32,000 nucleotides of DNA, taken from positions 2,070,001 to 2,102,000 of the forward strand of contig NZ_CP042905.2 in NCBI RefSeq assembly GCF_008000775.2, written 5' to 3'. Shown here piece after piece: positions 27,035 to 32,000 of the stretch (positions within the stretch are counted from its first letter, which is position 1; each line of letters starts with the position of its first letter). Both the position numbers and the translations under genes were made by a program. This DNA is from Promethearchaeum syntrophicum. Lineage in GTDB: Archaea; Asgardarchaeota; Lokiarchaeia; Sigyniarchaeales; Promethearchaeaceae. The notes beneath the pieces were generated by a model that made no database searches, was not told the origin of the DNA, and saw nothing but the letters and a program-made list of their open reading frames with translations.

Positions 27035-29596
27035 CTAAAAAAATCCAAGGAAAATTGAATATAAAGAAGGTAAGTAAAAAACCCAAACGATTATCCCTTC
27101 TTGAATCAATACGATTAAGATACAAAGAAAAACAAATATTACTAAACCAAAAGTGTCAATTAGAGACCATTTCACTTGATATAGATTAGTTCTTCTTTTG
27201 AAAAATCCAAATCCCCTTGCTTCAATAGTTGACGCTGTTGTTTTTGCTTTTCTAATGATTGAAATGAGTAATGTAGTTATACGTTCAATTAAATGATTAT
27301 AGATTTTTCTAATTGAAATTCCTTTACGAATATAAGCTCCCCGTAATTGCTGAGCTATTTCAATAGTATTCGATTCCTGCTCAATTAAAGGGATATATCT
27401 TAAACCTATCATAAATGAAAATGCGTAACGATAGGGAATCCCTATTTGGATTAACGAATAGACTAAATCTTTTGGAGATGTAGTTTTTGTGAACATAATT
27501 GATGTAGAGATGAAAATGATTATTAAAAATCCGGTTCGTAATGAGTAATAGAGTGCTAATCTTCTTACAGGCAAATTATCGGAAAAGAAATAAAATAAAA
27601 CTTCATCTGTTTGGGTTATATTTGCATCAAATAATGTATTTAGTGGAATATAAATTAAAGTCAACATTATTAACCATCGAATTTGTCTTAATATCGAGCT
27701 AACAGACAGATTGGCGCTTTTTGCAATAACTAAGAGCAATAGATAAATTATCACTAAAAATATAATACTATCCTGGTAAAAAAGCAAGAAAGTGAAAATA
27801 ATTAGAAATGTAAGTTTCATAACTGGATTTAATTTACTAATCCAATTTTCGCTTTGGGATGGTGACGATAATCGATTGAGAAATAAATTAATTCTTGGAA
27901 GTTTCCTTGAAGATTTTTTTTTCTTTTTCTTTTTTTTTATCTTTTTGATAGTTGTTGGAGGTTTTGTAATTTCATCATCTACAGATGATTTTGTATTTGT
28001 AGTTTCAAGTTCTATAATTCTTGAACAATTATTCTGTAGAAGTTCTTTATCATGTGATACAATAAGAACGGTTTTTCCTTCTTCAACAAATCTATTTAGA
28101 ATTTTAAAAATATTATCAATTGAAGCTGCATCTTGACCAATAAAAGGTTCATCAACTAGAAGCAATTCAGGAGAATAACTGAATATTGAAGCCAAATTGA
28201 GTCTACGTTTTTGCCCCCAACTCAGAGAAAAAGGGTTTTTATTACGCAAAACATCGAACTCTTTCCGATGTTCACCAATCAATGGTAAATATCTTTCAAC
28301 TATATCATTTTCTTCTCTATTTAGATCTTCTTTACTTGGTTTTTTTTTTTTCCTTGAAAAGATATTTTGAAAAAAATTTCCTTTCAATTTATGTTGTCGT
28401 CTATTAAGTTCAATAAAATTTCTAGGAGCAAATAGGATTTCGTCTTTAATAGTTCTTCCGAATAATTGATTTTCAGGATTTTGAAATATAAAACCCATTT
28501 TTGGAATAAATTCATATAATTTTATTAAATCGTATGATTCTCCTGAAAAATTCATACTTCCGTTTATTGGGTTTAACATATGAGCAATTAAATAGAGCAG
28601 GGTTGTTTTTCCAGTCCCGTTATTTCCAACAATCCCTAAAAATTCTCCTTTATTTACATCTAATGAAAAATTAGAAAAAACCATAGATTTACTATTAGGA
28701 TATTGGTATGATATATTTTCTAATTTTAGAATTGGAGTTTTAGAATTTGAATGATCATTTCTATTATTTACATTAACGTTCTCTAATGTTATATCATCTC
28801 TTAAATAACGAATATTTCCTTTTTTGAGATATTTTTCATAATCCTCTGTTTTTCCATTAAAAATCATTTCTCCATATTGATTTAAAAGAAAAATTCTGTT
28901 AATTAAAGAATAGAACGGCTTTAACCGGTGTTCAATAATAATAATTGTTAATGAAGGGTCTATTTTGTGCAAGTTTTCTAAGAGATTTCGAAGCAATATT
29001 TCACTTTTTTTATCTAAAAATGCTAAAGGTTCGTCCAATAGTAATATCTTAGGGGACATTACTAAATTTGCTGCTAAAATAGTCTTTTGTTTTTCTCCGC
29101 TACTAAGAGAGTAAATTGATCTGTTTAATAATTCAGTAATTCCGAGGGCTTCGGCTATGTGCTTAACCCTTTTTCTAATTTCATCTTGAGATAGTCTTAA
29201 ATTTTCAGCAGCGAACGCAATTTCATCGAAAACACTAAAACTAATTAATTGCTCTTCTGTATTTTGAAAAACATAACTTATTTTTCGTGAAATTTCTTCT
29301 TGATTATAATTCCAAATGTTTTTTTCGAATAAATTTAGGTTTCCCTTCATTTGACCAGAAATTGTTAATGGAATCCTACCCGAAATAGCATTACAGAGTG
29401 TACTTTTTCCAGAACCACTTATTCCTCCTAAAAGTATAATTTCACCTTGAAAAATTGATAAGTTTATATCTTTAAGCGCAAATTCTCGTTGTTTTTCATA
29501 ACGGAAAGAAAAATTTGAAAATTCAATAATCGGAATAGTATCAGAATTTAACGAATTGCTGTTTCCAATAATTTCATCAATTTTTGAACTTTCCAT
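27035..29596 (-). CDS. ECF transporter energising module, single-chain EcfA-EcfA-EcfT fusion
   Basis: ABC1 GGISGSGKST / LSSGEKQ / LLLDEPLAFLD; ABC2 GIVGNNGTGKTT / LSWGQKRR / LLVDEPFIGQD; Lys-rich linker; EcfT-like TM domain with AQQLRGAY and EARGFG. Confidence 0.92.
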   Translation of the reverse strand: MESSKIDEIIGNSNSLNSDTIPIIEFSNFSFRYEKQREFALKDINLSIFQGEIILLGGISGSGKSTLCNAISGRIPLTISGQMKGNLNLFEKNIWNYNQEEISRKISYVFQNTEEQLISFSVFDEIAFAAENLRLSQDEIRKRVKHIAEALGITELLNRSIYSLSSGEKQKTILAANLVMSPKILLLDEPLAFLDKKSEILLRNLLENLHKIDPSLTIIIIEHRLKPFYSLINRIFLLNQYGEMIFNGKTEDYEKYLKKGNIRYLRDDITLENVNVNNRNDHSNSKTPILKLENISYQYPNSKSMVFSNFSLDVNKGEFLGIVGNNGTGKTTLLYLIAHMLNPINGSMNFSGESYDLIKLYEFIPKMGFIFQNPENQLFGRTIKDEILFAPRNFIELNRRQHKLKGNFFQNIFSRKKKKPSKEDLNREENDIVERYLPLIGEHRKEFDVLRNKNPFSLSWGQKRRLNLASIFSYSPELLLVDEPFIGQDAASIDNIFKILNRFVEEGKTVLIVSHDKELLQNNCSRIIELETTNTKSSVDDEITKPPTTIKKIKKKKKKKKSSRKLPRINLFLNRLSSPSQSENWISKLNPVMKLTFLIIFTFLLFYQDSIIFLVIIYLLLLVIAKSANLSVSSILRQIRWLIMLTLIYIPLNTLFDANITQTDEVLFYFFSDNLPVRRLALYYSLRTGFLIIIFISTSIMFTKTTSPKDLVYSLIQIGIPYRYAFSFMIGLRYIPLIEQESNTIEIAQQLRGAYIRKGISIRKIYNHLIERITTLLISIIRKAKTTASTIEARGFGFFKRRTNLYQVKWSLIDTFGLVIFVFLCILIVLIQEGIIVWVFYLPSLYSIFLGFF

Positions 29597-29620
29597 ACGA
29601 ACCTTATTCCCCTTTAATGT

Positions 29621-30277
29621 TTATATAATTCCTGAATTTTTAATGCGTTTACTAATTAATTTTCCAAGTAATCCTGCAAGAAATACTCCGGAAATAAACC
29701 CAAACATACAAGCCATAACAAAAAGACTCCAATGAATTAGCCAAATTTTTCCGGTGATTATCCAAAAAAGTGGAACTTGAGATACATTTCCAATTCCTCC
29801 AGCAATCGCCCAACCTAAATTAGAATTTCCCTCACGGAAGAGTTCAACTAAATAAAAACCGAAAATAAGGAAAATACCTTCATATAGCATTATTAAAACT
29901 TCAAAAATTCCCCAATTCGAACCAAATAAAAATCCTATAAAACCTTGAATTGTTGCAGTTAATATCATTGTTTTTTTTTTTTTTGTTAATCCATAAACAA
30001 GAACCATCCATAACAAATGATGTCCCGAAACAAGTTGTGTTCCTCCAATAAAGGGATACCAAGTTTTTATCAAAAGACTAAAAGGAATTAAACTTGAGAT
30101 AAAACCTCCCATAATACCAAGAATTGAAGCAATCAATAATTCTTGAGTAGAGAAGTAATACTTTGATTTGTTATTCAAATTTTTTTCTGCCAAAGATCCA
30201 GTATATTGGAGTTCTTCCTCATCAGCTTTTTGATTTGGCAGATGATTATTATTAAAATTATTATTTTTATGATCCAT
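29621..30277 (-). CDS. ECF transporter S component-like membrane protein (YkoE-like)
   Basis: Polytopic 218 aa with 'QELLIASILGIMGGFISSLI', 'YPFIGGTQLVSGHHLLW', 'FIGFLFGSNWGIFEVLIMLYEG'; immediately upstream of the EcfAAT fusion. Confidence 0.7.
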   Translation of the reverse strand: MDHKNNNFNNNHLPNQKADEEELQYTGSLAEKNLNNKSKYYFSTQELLIASILGIMGGFISSLIPFSLLIKTWYPFIGGTQLVSGHHLLWMVLVYGLTKKKKTMILTATIQGFIGFLFGSNWGIFEVLIMLYEGIFLIFGFYLVELFREGNSNLGWAIAGGIGNVSQVPLFWIITGKIWLIHWSLFVMACMFGFISGVFLAGLLGKLISKRIKNSGII

Positions 30278-30287
30278 TAAACAACCT

Positions 30288-30896
30288 CTAAATTACAATT
30301 AACGTATCGAGATATTTCACATTGAATTTGCTATTATGCACATAATCTTGATTATTATCTTCAAATATTTGCTGCATTTCTGAATCATCTTTAATGCAAT
30401 CAAAATCCACTGCTGCCGCTAGAGGTCCATTACCGCCTAATTCCTTTGAATCCAAAAGTTGGCCATTTTCGTGAGTTACAATGATCACCATTTCAGGATT
30501 ACTCCTGATCAGACGAATAGGAAAATTATATGTCGTGTACCCATCCATAGATTGAAATCTGATATATTCGGCATCCTCACGCAACAAATTATAAATCTTT
30601 AAGATATCTAAAAGCATCACACCCGATAAGGTTCTATTATACTCTGTTCCAACACTATTTACAATATTAAATTCGACATTCTCAACACGAATAAAACTTT
30701 CATTAAGAAGATATGAAATCCCTATAAATTTATCTGCATTAACGTTCCCAGTAATCCAAAGACATGAAGAATCATCACAATTTTCAAATTGATTCTTTGT
30801 TTCCATGTATATATTCCAATTATAAATGAATAGGGATCCAAAAATAGCACTAAAAATTATTGTAGCGATAATAATATTTCGGGTACGGGCTTTCAT
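30288..30896 (-). CDS. Membrane-anchored small protein with molybdopterin-oxidoreductase (SUOX)-like fold, Mo-ligand Cys apparently absent
   Basis: N-terminal TM; 'WITGNV...', 'NRTLSGVMLLDILKIYNL...AEYIRFQSMDGYTTYNFP...MVIIVTHENGQLL...GGNGPLAAAV...KYLDTLIVI'. Confidence 0.5.
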   Translation of the reverse strand: MKARTRNIIIATIIFSAIFGSLFIYNWNIYMETKNQFENCDDSSCLWITGNVNADKFIGISYLLNESFIRVENVEFNIVNSVGTEYNRTLSGVMLLDILKIYNLLREDAEYIRFQSMDGYTTYNFPIRLIRSNPEMVIIVTHENGQLLDSKELGGNGPLAAAVDFDCIKDDSEMQQIFEDNNQDYVHNSKFNVKYLDTLIVI

Positions 30897-30924
30897 TTTT
30901 ACTCTTCTTTAGTTTTTTAATATT

Positions 30925-31833
30925 TTAATTTTTGAGTCGATAAATTAAGATAAAGATTATTCCAATCGAAAATGCTATTATACCAGATGCAATTCCGATT
31001 CCATATGGCATATAATCTTTAAATCTAGGATCGAAAGAATTGGTTAAATCTAATTCGTAGGTCCATGAAATGGCATGCTCAACCGATCCGATAGAATCTC
31101 CAATTCCAGTAGAAAAGCGATAGGTGTTGTTATGTTCAAATTGCACATCAAAGTCGGGTTCATCAGTGATTAGAGAACGAATAAGTTCCACTTGATAATA
31201 GCCTTCATTGTTTATCCCTATACCGGATGTAAATGATATTGTAGGATCATTCGATTTTTCACTATCAAGCCAGCCTTCATGTCCATAAACAGTATCAAAC
31301 ATTTTCATTTGAGACCCATTATTTTGAGATAATCTAATCCATGTCCAGCTATCAACTCTTGTCCCATTTTCACTGGTTTGCATTGCTCCAGACTCTAAAA
31401 ATTGGGATACCGTAAAATCTGTACAGTTAATATTCCAACAGAGGAAAAGTTGATCTTGTCTGTTAATTGGAGTAGAATCGTTCCAACGCGCTTTAATATA
31501 TAGGTTTGAATCATCATATATGTATTTTATGAACATATAAGATTTAACACGCATATTGCTATAGTAATTATTTGCCATTGGAATTTCATATTCATGTACA
31601 TCTTGTTGATTCCAGGATTCCTCAGTAGATTCTATTCCATCAATTGTAATATTAGGAGAACTAATGTATCTTCCATAATGTCGAGTAATTCCGTGATGTA
31701 TGGAGCAATCAGAATCTGAAGCACCCCAATCTCCTTTCACATTCAATGAGAAACTTAAAATAATGGACGAAATGAGCAGTACTGTTAGAAATAATGAAGA
31801 TTTCAATTTTTTCATTTTCGGGTATTCCGCCAA
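30925..31833 (-). CDS. Secreted, C-terminally anchored EB_dh-like (ethylbenzene dehydrogenase gamma / heme-binding-type) domain protein
   Basis: Signal peptide; 'ISSPNITIDGIESTEESWNQ', 'MFIKYIYDDSNLYIKARWND', 'WTWIRLSQN...FDTVYGHEGWLDSEKSNDPTISF', 'YQVELIRSL'; C-terminal TM 'IGIASGIIAFSIGIIFILIYRLKN'. Confidence 0.55.
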   Translation of the reverse strand: MAEYPKMKKLKSSLFLTVLLISSIILSFSLNVKGDWGASDSDCSIHHGITRHYGRYISSPNITIDGIESTEESWNQQDVHEYEIPMANNYYSNMRVKSYMFIKYIYDDSNLYIKARWNDSTPINRQDQLFLCWNINCTDFTVSQFLESGAMQTSENGTRVDSWTWIRLSQNNGSQMKMFDTVYGHEGWLDSEKSNDPTISFTSGIGINNEGYYQVELIRSLITDEPDFDVQFEHNNTYRFSTGIGDSIGSVEHAISWTYELDLTNSFDPRFKDYMPYGIGIASGIIAFSIGIIFILIYRLKN

Positions 31834-31888
31834 ATATAATTATGCTAAATTAATAAAAAAAAAATTTATAATTTTGAATCTATAGATT

Positions 31889-32000
31889 TCAGTTCTTTTT
31901 ACTTTTCATGACTAACGCACTAATAGCAAAAATCGAAATTATAAATAGCAATTGTACTTGAAAACCAGGAATCCAATTTTCTTCAGGTATAATTATTATT
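31889..32000 (-). CDS. C-terminal fragment of an exported protein with PGF-like membrane tail, cut by window edge
   Basis: Reverse-strand translation ...IIIPEENWIPGFQVQLLFIISIFAISALVMKSKKN*. Confidence 0.6.
   Translation of the reverse strand, partial: IIIIPEENWIPGFQVQLLFIISIFAISALVMKSKKN

Noticed and set aside
25794-28136. Plus-strand ORFs 25794..25976 and 27792..28136
   Set aside because: Antisense to the PAS kinase and to the EcfAAT gene; the poly-Phe run is the complement of the poly-Lys hinge.
31700-31885. Plus-strand 61-aa ORF
   Set aside because: Mostly antisense to the signal-peptide region of the EB_dh-like gene.
1-32000. Mobile element or virus/defence island interpretation
   Set aside because: No transposase, integrase, terminal repeats or known defence gene set was seen; paralogous REC/kinase/GTPase genes look like chromosomal family expansion.

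Overview
AT-rich archaeal window, very probably from an Asgard (Lokiarchaeia-like) genome; the lineage is inferred from gene content. It combines eukaryote-style small GTPases with a dense set of two-component genes. Features: four Ras/Arf/Rag-type GTPase genes (one cut by the left edge); three PAS-type sensor histidine kinases; four stand-alone response-regulator receiver (REC) proteins; an EF-2 paralogue without the diphthamide loop; a DRG/Obg-type TGS GTPase with a broken N-terminus; a vWA protein; a secreted 21-aa tandem-repeat protein next to a winged-helix regulator; and a right-hand operon with an EB_dh-like heme-binding-type protein, a molybdopterin-oxidoreductase-fold protein, an ECF S component and a fused EcfA-EcfA-EcfT protein. 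The best candidate for a new system is the co-directional minus-strand block 20091->14517: REC, then a longin-like protein carrying a DHp-like helix pair without the phospho-acceptor His, then a PAS/GAF histidine kinase, then an Arf-like GTPase ending in PPPPPP plus a WH2-like motif. It suggests a phosphorelay coupled to a small GTPase and possibly to the Asgard actin system. All family calls come from reading motifs; no database search was run.
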